From NCBI RefSeq assembly GCF_006345805.1, contig NC_042999.1, positions 88,722,001-88,786,000 on the forward strand: a stretch of 64,000 nucleotides of DNA, given 5' to 3'. A model generated the notes under the pieces. That model ran no database searches. It was given only the letters and a program-made list of their open reading frames with translations, and was not told where the DNA came from. The position numbers were made by a program, and so were the translations under genes. The DNA comes from Octopus sinensis (lineage: Eukaryota). Numbering within the stretch: the stretch's first letter is position 1; the number at the start of each line of letters is the position of its first letter. Below, in pieces: positions 1-11,372 of this stretch.

Positions 1-324
1 AATGGGATTTTTTAGAAATTTCTGTCGGCTTTCTTCGAAATGTGTGCTTGTAGTGATAAATTATATGGTTATTTACATTGTGTCTATTTTCGGCATATTT
101 TGGCATCAGAAATTTTTTCTTTTGGCCTTACTTATAAATTATATATATATATATATCACATGATCATGTGATCAACCAGACTATCAACTGCTGTTATACA
201 TCGTTGGTCATAATGTGCTTTGCATCGTTTTAGTTTTCAAATGATGCCATCCCACTGGCTAGACAAGCAGGCCAATATGTTCGCGTATGTGTACTCATGC
301 ATGTGTATGTATGTTTGTGTGTGT

Positions 325-535
325 GTGTGTTTATCATCTTATCTTGACATCATACAAGCAGCGCCATTCATTTTCAATATTCTGTGAAAATATGTTTAGC
401 AGTATAACCTTGTTTGGAAACAGGGGCGGGTTAGAGACAGGGAGGGCATCTGGCAGTAGAAAATCTACCTCCATTAAACTCATGCAAGCAAGGAAAAGTG
501 GACGTTCAATGTTGATCATATATAGAGAGATAATT
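325..535 (+). mobile_element. SINE A2-type 3' tail fragment
   Basis: cttgacatc...ggaaacagg...ggagggcatctggc...catgcaagc..ggaaaagtggacgtt matches the 3' half of the intact copy at 47025-47385. Confidence 0.55.
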
Positions 536-563
536 CCTAACTAAGCATAAGAAAGTAGGTATT

Positions 564-567
<4 letters not shown>

Positions 568-620
<53 letters not shown>
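568..620. repeat. (CAT)n microsatellite, the (GAT)n tail of the adjacent RTE 3' end
   Basis: Pure CAT run directly abutting the ttaacgtctattttccatgctggcatggg terminus. Confidence 0.95.
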
Positions 621-1160
621 ATTAACGTCTATTTTCCATGCTGGCATGGGTTTGACGGTTTGACTGAGGACTAGCTAGCCAGTAGGCTGCACCAGGCCCC
701 AATCTGATCTGGCAAGGTTTCTACAGCTTGCTGCCCTTCCTAAAGCCAACCACTCCAAGAGTGTAGTGAGTGCTTTTTACATGCCACCAGCACAGGAGCC
801 AGTCAGATGGCACTAGCATCGACCATGTCCAGATGGTCCTGTTTATGTGCCACTTGCATGGGAGCCAGGCAGGGAGAACTGACATCGACTGTATTCGGAT
901 GGTGCTTTTTATGTGCCACCGACATGGGGAGCCAGTCAGACGACAATGGCGTCATCCAAGCTTGAATGGTACTTATGTGCCACCAGCACGGGTTCCAGTT
1001 AGGCAGCACTGGCATCAACCATGACTACGATTTCGATTTCACTTGACTTAACAGGTCTTCTCAATTACAGCATATTGCCTAACAATTCAAGAGTACTTTT
1101 AAATGGGCTGGTTATGCAACACTGGTATCAGCCACGGTTGTGATCTCACTTTACTTGCCA
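568..1160 (-). mobile_element. RTE-clade LINE 3' end with four ~65-bp internal units
   Basis: Minus strand reads remnant ORF end (QYAVIEKTC), four ggtggcacataaaaagcacc-type cores, ggttggctttaggaagggc and catggaaaatagacgttaat-(GAT)n; the same tail follows RTE ORF2 at 61700-62195. Confidence 0.75.
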
Positions 1161-2260
1161 GCTAGCTCCAGAAGTATCAAAGGCAAAGATGACCTGAGTG
1201 GGATTTGAACTCAAAGATCTAGAACAATTACAGCTAGACATTTGACTGACACCCTAACAACTCTACTAATTTATTACCCTAAATATACACTTAGAAATAC
1301 ATACTAATATCCATTGAGTGTATTAGAATTCTCTAAAATTCCAGTCCCAAGTAATATACTTTCTATTTAATTTCCATTAAAGTGGTATTAGTTTTTGTTG
1401 CCTATTGTACCAAGTCCTGTAGATTGACTAACAACAATAAAAATTTGCCCATTAAATTTTACATGTAATCATGACCACATATAAACACTATATAATTAGC
1501 ATTTATATTTCTAACAAGGTACCCATGGCAACAGTTTAAAAGAGCACTTCATTAACTCCTTATAATTAATAATTACATATGTATATATGAAGCTAATTGA
1601 ATATCTGTATGTTTTATTGCAATCTGCATTCCATGAATGGCTATCATATGGGTCAAATTACAAAGCATCCCATAACAGAAGGGGTAAGGTGGTGACAGTG
1701 GTGGCTCAAATATTGGCAATACATATTGCTTTGACCATTGATCAATAGGAACTAAGTGACTCTCTTATTCGGACTATTGATTTCAATTATTTACTACAAT
1801 AGCTGATAAGTTTCATTGATACTTATGGAACATTTTGTCACATCAGCATCAACATCATCATCATCAGTTGACATCTGTCATCTGGTTAGAATGGGTCGGA
1901 TGGTTTCACAGGATCTGATGAATCAAAGAGTTGCATCATGGTCCAATGTCTGCTTTTTTTGTTTTGTGTTGTTTCTCTTCTTTTGGGGACACACACACAC
2001 AAATGAAGATTGTTTTATAACTTACAATGCTAAGGACCTGAAACAGTCCCTATAACTTAGGGAGAAAAGCAGAAAGAGTGGATGAGGATTCTGGACAAAG
2101 AGATGAGGGATGGCAATGAAAAATAGATGAAGAAGTATGGAAAGAAACAGGGGTTAAAAAAAGGATTAGTAAGAGGGGTTATTGAGAAAAGGGAGATATA
2201 GATAAAAGGAGACAGGGTGGGTTGTATAAGGAAGAATGCATACATACATATATATTTTAC

Positions 2261-2378
2261 CAAATATAGGTTGACAGTAACTTCGAAGTTTGCTAATGAT
2301 TGGCTTCATATAATGCTGAATAATTTTGACTCCCATAAAGCGAACGCTCTTCTCGTAACTGACAAAAATTTTGAAGCC
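2261..2378 (-). CDS. Candidate orphan internal exon, 118 nt, GFKIFVSYEKSVRFMGVKIIQHYMKPIISKLRSYCQPIF; protein not recognised
   Basis: Long pyrimidine tract tctttcttttctttgactttcttaaaAG, open frame, TTG|GTAAAA donor, several retained CpGs; the in-register plus frame is also open. Confidence 0.35.
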
Positions 2379-3989
2379 CTTTTAAGAAAGTCAAAGAAAA
2401 GAAAGATCGTATTTGAAATTCCCAAGGCTGATGAACTACTTTCTGATCAGTGTCATAATTAATTATATATCCTCTTTGTGCCATGCCTTAAGAAACCAAC
2501 AATTGATATTTTTCTAATATTTCTTATGTTTGGGATTTAATAATTACATGTTTTTACCTTATCTAATGCATCCACTTTTAAAATTTAAGCTGTAATGTGA
2601 AATAAGAGCTATTTGTTTTGCATGGATGCATTGTTAATATGTTTGCCTCACAGCTACACTGTTTTGGGTTCCATCTTATTCTGCAGCTTCTTCAACAACT
2701 ATTTTTAGGATAGCCTTAGCTTAGCAAAAGTCTTGTGGGTGAAATTAGGCAGGCAGAAACCATGTTGAAGACTGTTAGAAGAACTGCTCCTGTTTTTGAA
2801 TTTTTGTAGCCTGGTTTTTAACATTGTCACCTAACTCTTAAATACCTTTAAGAGAATCCATTCTATTGCTGGCATTCAAGTCTGAGAATAATTTTCTGCT
2901 ACAAATCCCAGCAGCCCTAAAAAAATGGACATGAATGCTACCCTTCCTTGTCTGACACAGTCATAGCACATGAATATTACTAAAATAAATTAATTAAATG
3001 TTGAATTGTGCTACATAGACGTTCTATTATTGATTCACTTCTTTCTATATAAATACATACTCTTACTTTGATTCCATACTTCTAATGTACATCAAGTTGC
3101 CATGTTTCTTTTATTCCTGTTCTGAAAGCTACCTTCAATACAATTATTCCAAGGGTATTTTTGCCTTAGTAGCTCTATGATGTAAACCCTACAAGAGTTG
3201 TTCTTCGATAGTATTAAAATCAGTGACACAGAAAGGGAAAAATATATCATCTGTTCAGGTAAAACATTGACTGATGTCATCTGTAGGTTGGCCATTTATG
3301 TAATTCTTATTTTAGTTGTAATTCTTATTCAGCCAGCTTGGTTGCTTGACTAGCAAGAAATAGCAACTAAGTTTTCCTTAAATCACGCCCTACCATCTTA
3401 AATAAAGAAAAAATACATTAAATAATGTAACATTACACACTGTTAATAAGATATTTAGAATGCTTTTAATCATAAGTCTGCTTCCTCAGGATTGACTTAA
3501 CCCTAAGCAGTGACAACAAACTCTATTCAATATAAAAGAAGTGATTAGGAAGCATGCTCTTCATTAGGATTGTTATTTTTAATTAACCTTCATTTCTTAA
3601 GCTGAACACAAGTGATAAGGTAGTTAGCAGTGTTGAAAATAAAAATAAAGACTTTGTGCTTGAAACCTACTTAGAGATATTTATATAACTAGGGATAGAG
3701 CCCTAAAAGACAATTGATAAACCAACTGACTGAAAGGTAGAAAAAGCAAATGGTTCATTGAAAGAAGCTGGACTGGTGTAACCATTTAAGCATTGAACAA
3801 AATGACTGTGGTATTTAGTGGTGGCTATTCATGTTCTGAGTTCAAATACCACTATGGCCAACTTTGGTCTTCATCCTTCTGTAGTTGAGGAAATAGAGTA
3901 TCATTTATGTACTAGAGTATAATGCATTTGCAGTGAATAGAATTATAATGGGAAAATCTAGGATAAGAAAAGTAATAAAAATTAGATTA

Positions 3990-4560
3990 ATAGTTTGAAA
4001 TTTCACACAAGTCTAGCAATAACCCAGCTCAGAAATATTAGATATGTTAATTATAGCAACAACTGCAGCAATCCTAGAATTTGTTGTACACCTACTGCAG
4101 CTATAGAAGATGTGGTAAAATATGCAGTAGTAACTGCAGCTGTCACAGTAGCCAGCATAAAACTATTGCAGTTGCAGTGCCTACAGCAACAACTGCACCA
4201 ATCATCATAGCTGTGAAAGCAAATGAAGCATTCACAGTAGCCATAGCAGATATAGCAGCCAGTTTCAACAGCCATGGCAGTAGATGCTACAGCTGCACTG
4301 TTTGTAGCAGAAACTACAGGAATTGCAGTTGCTGTGAAGGCAGCAGGAACGGTTGCAAACTGTGGCTTCGGTACATGTGAGTGCAGCAACACCAGCTTCA
4401 TCAAGTGAAGCAACCATAGTGAATGAGAGCAGCAGCTGCAGCATCAACAACAGTAGTTGCTACAGTCACATAAGGTCACAAATATTCAAATGGAGATGTG
4501 ACAAGAGTAAGTAGCAGTGGCAGCAGCAGTAGCAGTAACTGACATGAGAACAAGTGATTT
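3990..4560. repeat. Degenerate GCA/ACA/GTA triplet low-complexity block
   Basis: Period-3 gcagca/acagta/gctaca motifs; overlapping ORFs on both strands are Ala/Thr/Val- or Cys-rich and shift frame. Confidence 0.6.
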
Positions 4561-4684
4561 TTGAACAGCGTGGTAGATTCAGAAACAAATGTGACAATAA
4601 AGCAGGCACAGGGTAGCCATTTTAAACAAAGACAAACTATAAGAAAGCTAGTACAAGCATTTTCCATTGCTACCATTTAGACTA

Positions 4685-4898
4685 GAGTTTCTGAAGGTGG
4701 GGGAAATACCAAACCAGTGGGGTGTGGCAATATTTTAATGGCATGTGAATTACTTCAGTAATAAGTGAATAAAACTTACAATAAAGTTTTAATTAAAACT
4801 TCTCTAGAATAATAATGCTATTGACTAATGATGGTGAGGCATATGCTTTTTTGGAAAAGTGAGTCAGGCATGAGACAAAAAAAGGTTGATAAACACCA
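4685..4898. mobile_element. Possible hAT-type MITE remnant
   Basis: Ends resemble hAT MITE termini (ctagagtttctgaaggtgggg ... aaaaaaaggttgataaacacc); no clean TSD. Confidence 0.25.
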
Positions 4899-5066
4899 AT
4901 TCAGACCCAGGTCAATCCTAATTAAATAGAAAATGGTCAAAAGTATTCCATCCTTGTACACACCACCTTCTAAGAATTATGTTTAGAACTACAATATTCA
5001 AGTGTCCTTCCTATATTTTTGACATTAGGGTGAAATTTGAGGAAGATTTGGATTAAAGTGACCATA

Positions 5067-5485
5067 TAGGCACATGAGTTGCTGTGTGGTAAGTAGCTTG
5101 CTTACCAACCACATGGTTCCGGGTTCAGTCCCACTATGTGGTACCTTGGGCAAGTGTTTTCTTCTATAGCCTCAGGCCGACCAATGTCTTGTGAGTGGAT
5201 TTGGTAGACGGAAACTGAAAGAAGCCCGTCGTATATACGTATATATATATGTGTGTGTTTGTGTTTGTGTGTCTGTGTTTGACCCCCCCCCCCCCAACAT
5301 TGCTTGACAACCGATGCTGGTGCGTTAACGTCCCCGTAACTTAGTGGTTCAGCAAAAGAGACTGATAGAATAAGTACAAGGCTTACAAAGAATAAGTCCT
5401 GGGGTCAATTTGCTCGACTAAAGGCGGTGCTCCAGCATGGCCACAGTTAAATGACTGAAACAAGTAAAATAGTAAGAGTAAGAGT
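5067..5485 (+). mobile_element. tRNA-derived SINE, family A1, full length
   Basis: A-box-like tgctgtgtgg, B-box ggttcagtccc, body gtgagtggatttggtagacggaaactgaaagaagcccgtcg, internal TA/TG microsatellite, gactgaaacaagtaaaa-(gtaaga)n tail; many copies in the window. Confidence 0.9.
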
Positions 5486-6004
5486 ATATAAAAACTTTCA
5501 AATTGGTTCTTCTTGCGAAACGGTTAGCATGCTAGACAAAAATGCTTAGTAGCATTGACATCTGGCTCTTTACATTTTGAACTCAAATACTGTCAAGTCT
5601 ACTGTAACACTAATCCTTTCTCTGTGGGTGAAATAATGCACAATTCAAGTACTGGAGTTGATGTTGACTAACACCCTTCCCTAAAAGTGATAGCCTTGTG
5701 CCATAATTTGAAACCCTTGCAGTAGCATTTAGTTTTAAGGCTTGAATTGTTGAATACATTAACTTTCTTTGTACAACATACAGGGCTACAATAATCATAG
5801 TATGTAATAACATTCTTGTTGCATTCATCTGCCCACTGGGTGCACTGTCGCTAAAGCCACAATGAGTGATAACACTGCAAATGAAACCTTACAGCATGCA
5901 GTGTAACAATAAATACAATAAATAGTGCAGCAAATCAATGCAGAATAACAATAAATAGGTGATCACTCTATAGATGAAGTCATACAGCAAGCAACAAAAT
6001 AATT

Positions 6005-6135
6005 CCTTCTACTATAGACACAAGGCCTGAAATTTGAGGAGAGGATGTTTGTTGATTACATTTCCCCCAATACACAACTGGTACTTATTATTTTAACTTC
6101 AAATGGACGAAAGGCATAGCAGACCTCACTGAATT
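6005..6135 (-). mobile_element. SINE B2 3' fragment
   Basis: ttctactatagacacaaggcctgaaattt...caactggtactta matches 21758-21970. Confidence 0.6.
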
Positions 6136-6145
6136 GACTTAGAAT

Positions 6146-6146
<1 letters not shown>

Positions 6147-6176
<30 letters not shown>

Positions 6177-6326
6177 GTTTAACGTCCACTTTCCATGTTG
6201 GCATGTGTTGGACGATTTTGACTGAGAACTGGCAAACCAGATGGCTGCACCAGGCTCCAATCTTGATCTGGCAGAGTTTCTACAGCTGGATGCCCTTCCT
6301 AATGCCAACCACTCCAAGAGTGTAAA
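6147..6326 (-). mobile_element. RTE-clade 3' tail with (GAT)n
   Basis: (CAT)n-cgtttaacgtccactttccatgttggcatg...ggatgcccttcctaatgccaaccactc. Confidence 0.8.
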
Positions 6327-6962
6327 GACAAACAAAATTCCACTAAATATTTTGTCCAGCATGCTAATGATTCTGCCTGTGATATTATGGTTAAAATAAG
6401 CAGTCACATGCAGTGTAATGATTAATAAACAGTCACACTATGGACGCAATTTCGTGGTGGTGCGAAGTATAACAATACTCATAATGCCAAATAACATGAT
6501 TACATCCATCCACTCAGTTTCAGCACCAGTAGTGTTACTTAGCTGAAAGTCAGCTCTGATGCAACAGATCTATCATCAAAAACATTCCAACCATGATCAT
6601 CCTGTCTTTTATTCTGGTATAGCAGATCTAGGACAATGTTATCCAATGTATCTTTATTTTCTTAAGGTAGAGCTAATATAATCTGAGGGAGATTTAGTAA
6701 CCATTCTTAGTAGGTTTTAGTGACCATACAGATGCTTTCTTGTTGGTAGTACTGATAAGATTGGTATTTTTTGACACATAATTTCCAACACTTTTATTGT
6801 ATACATTTGAATTTGTGCAATAATCACATGGTTTCAGGTTCAATCTCATTGCAAGTCAACTTATACACATTGTCATCAACTACAATGTTGGGTTTAGCAA
6901 TACCTTGTGAAATTTGGAATTCTGTTACATACTTATCCATAACATCTATATATCTATACCAT

Positions 6963-6976
6963 ACACACACAACACA

Positions 6977-7045
<69 letters not shown>

Positions 7046-7060
7046 GCGCGCGCGTGCACA
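6963..7060. repeat. (AC)n-(GC)n alternating purine-pyrimidine microsatellite
   Basis: Long AC run followed by cgcgcgcgcgcg. Confidence 0.95.
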
Positions 7061-7774
7061 CATGCATATATCACAATCATCAGTTAACATCCATTTCCAT
7101 GCTGGCATAGGTTGGATGGTTTGACAGGATCTGGCAACCTGCAGGTCTTCATTGAGTTTCAATGCCAGCTTGGGATCGTTTCTATGGTTGGATGCCCTTC
7201 CTAATGCCAATCACTTTCCAGGGTGTACTGGGTACTTTTACCATGCCACCAGCATTAATGAGGTTGCTATGTAACTTGCAAGATTAGTAAGAACAAGGGA
7301 AGGAAAAAGTTCCCTCAACTAAGTGAAAGGTGTTTTTGAGATGGGAAGAAGTAGTTTTATGCTGATTAAAGTATGAGCGAGGAATCAGCATGGGCTTCAT
7401 GCTACAGAGAAAATATGTGGCTACTTTACATTATATGAAGCTGGGTGGAGTAGCTGGGAAAAGGATAAGATGGTAATAATAGCATGCTGGAGCAAGAGAA
7501 GATATGAACAGAAGATCAGGAGGAAGGTGGGGGTTGGGAGTTATAAGAATGTGAGGGGAGGAGTAACAGATGGTTAGTGATAGTTTAGCGGTGAATATAG
7601 TGAGTGATGAACTGGAATGGAGGTGTGGCTTGGTGGGAAATATCAGTAGTGGAGTGACAAGATGAGATATATAAGTGGCTCAGGGATGATAGATCAGGAA
7701 GTGGATGATGAGCAAGGTGTAGGAGTGGTGGGGTGGGAGAGGTAGAGGTATATAAGGTAAATATAGTGAGTGGG

Positions 7775-8275
7775 TGGAGGCATGTGGCTTAATGGTTAGG
7801 GTGTTAGACTCATGATCATAAGATTGTGGTTTCGATTCCTGGACTGAGCGACACATGTTCTTGAGCAAAGCATTCCATGTCGCAGTTGTCCAGTCCAGTC
7901 AGTTGGCAAAAATGGGTAATCCTGCTATGGACCAGCACCCTGTCATCATCGTCGTCATCCTCATTTAACGTCCATTGTCCATGCTGGCATGGGTTGGATG
8001 GTTTGACCAGTGCTGGTAAGCTGGAAGGCTCCACCTGACTCCAGTCTGATTTGGCATGGTTTTCAATGGCTGGATGCCCTTCCTAATGCCAATGACTCCA
8101 AGAGTGTAATGGGTGCTTTTACGTGCCACCAGCATGGGTGCCATTTGTATGACACCAGTATCTACCATGACTGTAATTTTGCTCAGCTTGATGGGTCTAT
8201 ATATGCCATGAAACCAAGAAACCAGCCCTTATGAGTCAGTATCACTCAAGAAGGTAACTTTACTCTTACCTTTAC
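7775..8275 (+). mobile_element. tRNA-derived SINE C2 with 12-bp TSD, itself interrupted
   Basis: Head ggcatgtggcttaatggttaggg...ggtttcgattcc; tail gaaaccagcccttatgag-(ctttac)n; atagtgagtggg duplicated at 7763-7774 and 8276-8287. Confidence 0.85.
7942..8195 (-). mobile_element. RTE 3' tail inserted inside SINE C2
   Basis: catcatcgtcgtcatcctcatttaacgtccattgtccatgctggcatggg...ggatgcccttcc. Confidence 0.8.
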
Positions 8276-8617
8276 ATAGTGAGTGGGGCATGGTGACAGA
8301 TATGAGACTGACAGTTATAAGAGGTGTTGAGATAAAATATTGGCAGAGGAGATGGGGAAGTAACTGAAGGCACAAGAAGGAAATGATTGGTGAAAATGGT
8401 GTGAGAAGGGATTATAATGAGTGACATGAGTGGAATAAAAGAAGGTGGCAACTCAAAGTGAATAAAATGGAGGGGGGGATATAATACGATTCAAGCAGAG
8501 ATGAATTTTAAGAGGTTAGGGAGATGAGATAAGGGGAATTCTTGATGGGAAAGAATGTGGGTAGGGAGAGAATCCAGCACATGCAAGCAATATCAAAATA
8601 TTTTTAGGACTTGAAGG

Positions 8618-8810
8618 TGGCAAGCAGGCGAAATGCTTAGTGGTATTTCATCTGTCTTTATGTTCTGAGTTCAAATTCTACCAAGGTCGATTTGACTTTC
8701 ATCCTTTCAGGATTGATAAATTAAGTACCATTTGTGTACTGGGGTCAATCTAATCGCCTGGCCCCTTCCCTCAAAATTTCGTGCGTGGTGCCTTGAGTAG
8801 AAAATAATAT
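8618..8810 (+). mobile_element. SINE B2
   Basis: gcgaaatgcttagtggtatttc...gagttcaaattc...ctttcatcctttcagg..gataaattaagtacc...ctggccccttccctcaaaatttc. Confidence 0.8.
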
Positions 8811-9086
8811 TTTTAGGACTTCATCTATATTGTAATGGATGGGTCTATTCAAGCACAGAAATTTGCCAATCATTTCAGTTCTTTGTAATCTCCCTTATGA
8901 GCCTTCTCTACTTCATCTCATGTCTTCTTGAATCCCTCTCTTCCACAAGTTCCATCCACTTTATGTCACTGGTACTTTATATACAACTTTCTTCATCTTT
9001 ATGCATCACACAATCAAATAACCACTATCTTTTCTACTTAGTTTTTATATTTTTTACCCAAATTATATATATATATATATATATGT

Positions 9087-9700
9087 TTAGGTGCAAACAG
9101 GAATGGTTCTGTGATAAGAAATCTGCTTTACAGTAATGTGAAATTCATATTCAGTCCCACTGTGTGGCACTTTGGGTAAGTGTTTTCTAATACAGCCCTA
9201 GACCAAACAAAATCATGTGAGTGGGTTTTGTTGGTGGTAACTGTAACAAGCTTGCAGCATATGTATATATATATAAGTATGTATGTACACACACACACAC
9301 ACATCTGCATGGCTGTGTGATAAGAAGCTTGCTTCTCAACCAAATTGTTCCAGGTTCAGTCCCACTATGTGGAACCTTGGGCAAGTGACTTCTTATATAG
9401 CCTTGGGCTGACCAAAGCCTTGTGAGTGGATTTGGTAGAAAGAAACTGAAAGATGCCCATCGTATATACTTATATGTATCTATCTATGTATGTGTGTTTG
9501 TGTCTATGTTTAACTCCCACCACTGCTTGACAACCAATGATGGTGTATTTACGTCCCTGTAACTTAGTGGTTTGGCAAAAGATACTGATAGAATAAGTAC
9601 CAGACTTCATAAAATAATAATATCGACTTGTTTGACTAGGTGGTACCCCAGCGTGGCCAAAGTCAAATGATTTAAACAAGTAATAGATAAAAGATAAAAG
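9087..9700 (+). mobile_element. SINE A1 with tandemly duplicated 5' half
   Basis: Head plus microsatellite at 9087-9300, then a complete copy restarting at about 9305. Confidence 0.8.
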
Positions 9701-9717
9701 ATGTATTTATACCTATG

Positions 9718-9787
<70 letters not shown>

Positions 9788-9842
9788 TATATTTACACTT
9801 ATATATACATACACCCACAAACACAAACACACACACATCCAA

Positions 9843-10128
9843 ATTTGTGTAGGAGAATATATTAATCAATGAAATTTCGACTTAGTTTGATTTTCATCTT
9901 TTGTTATTTACAATTTTTACAATTTTGCGATATTGAAATAAACTAGTACTTTTATGCATTTTGTAATCATCATATTTATGTAATGATAGTCGCATTCCAT
10001 GTGGAACATGACTGCCACTACATAGATAATATTGTAATGTTGTAAAATTATAAAAATTGCAAATAATAAAATATGAAAATCAGACTAAGTTGAAATTTCC
10101 TTGATTATTAATATTGTTCTATACATAA
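9843..10128. mobile_element. Fold-back palindrome, MITE-like
   Basis: Arms 9843-9991 and 10010-10128 are reverse complements (gaaatttcgacttagtttgattttcat / atgaaaatcagactaagttgaaatttc); the right arm lacks about 35 bp. Confidence 0.75.
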
Positions 10129-10142
10129 TCATACAAACTCAG

Positions 10143-10187
<45 letters not shown>

Positions 10188-10190
<3 letters not shown>

Positions 10191-11372
10191 AGATATATTT
10201 ATAGAGAAAGAGCATTCTGTGGTTAATTACCTAGATGCAAATCTAAACTTAGTAATGAATAGAACTCAACCATTCCATAAATTAAACGAAAACCTTAAGT
10301 ATATTAATACCCATAGCAACAATCCTAGTTCAGTCAAAAGAGCACTAATAGAAATATAGGTAAAAGAATTTCTATGTTATCCTAGGATATAGATACTTTC
10401 AATAAGCATGCCCCTTACTATAATAGTGCATTAAAAGAAGCAGAATATAATACGAAAATTAAATTCTATAATAATTATGGACCAAATAATTATACTAGGA
10501 ATCATCCTAATGCTCAAGCCAACTATAGAAGTAATAGCAAAGATAATAATAAACAATATAAGGAAATAAATAAAGATAATTATAATATACATATAAATAA
10601 AAATAATAAAAATGATCATAGTCAGGATAATACCAAAAATAATTCAAATGGAAATAAGCATAATTATTATATACCCACTAAGAATACACTGACAATGAAC
10701 AAAAATAATAAGATGAATTATAATAATAGTAATATTAATAATAATAATAAACAAGGAAATTATATGGTTAATTATCCCTTATGGGGTCCAAATCAAAACT
10801 AACTTAATTAAAGAAATTCTGCACATAATAAAACATCCTTTAAAAAGAACAAAATGTACTCGAAAATATTCTCAAACAAAACTATCAGAGTGGGCTATTC
10901 GACAACAAGACACGTTAGTAATATTATATCCTCTATAAGCAATGTCAAATTATATAAATTTTATAACAATTTAACTAATAGTAACATTAGCTACGGAAGA
11001 AATATAACAAACAAAAAACATAACTGTATTTTAAATAAATGCACATGTAAAGATGAAGAAAGAATATATAGGATCCACAGCAAATGAAATTAAAAGAAGA
11101 ATTTCCCAGCATTATCAATCCTTTAATAAACTCGACAGGTCTAAGTAAATACATATGGGAGTTGAAATCTGATAAAATAGAATACACTTTATTGGAATAT
11201 CATTAGTAGAGCGAAGTCATATAGAATAGGTAATAAAATGTGCTTATTATGCACAGCTGAGTTTATGAAAATACTCCAGTCAAGAGAGGTATTACTGAAC
11301 AGTATTGAAGAGAGAGAAATAAAATGCCGACATAAAAATAACTTTACGTATAATGAAATTAAAAATATATAA
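10188..11372 (+). mobile_element. Penelope-like retroelement remnant (RT C-terminus, linker, GIY-YIG endonuclease)
   Basis: VNYLDANLNL..PFHKLNENLKYINTHSNNP; IIWLIIPYG.QIKTN; KIFSNKTIRVGYS; EYIGSTANEIKRRISQH; LSKYIWELK..WNIISRAKSY..MCLLCTAE..LLN..CRHKN; stops and frameshifts. Confidence 0.85.

Larger units (their letters stand above)
7076..8580 (-). mobile_element. RTE-type 3' tail plus long pyrimidine-rich UTR, interrupted by a SINE
   Basis: Tail at 7076-7260; purine-rich plus-strand tract at 7260-7774 resumes at 8276-8580 across the SINE TSD. Confidence 0.55.

Noticed and set aside
85-112. Minus-strand ctgatgccaaaatatgccgaaa, hammerhead-like
   Set aside because: The core lacks A9 and helix II is incomplete; chance or a badly decayed relic.
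3125-5860. Joining two minus-strand segments into an SLC6-like MIIVAL-VYII...PWNNC peptide
   Set aside because: The resemblance is superficial, one donor is weak, and the phase does not continue into the 2261-2378 candidate.
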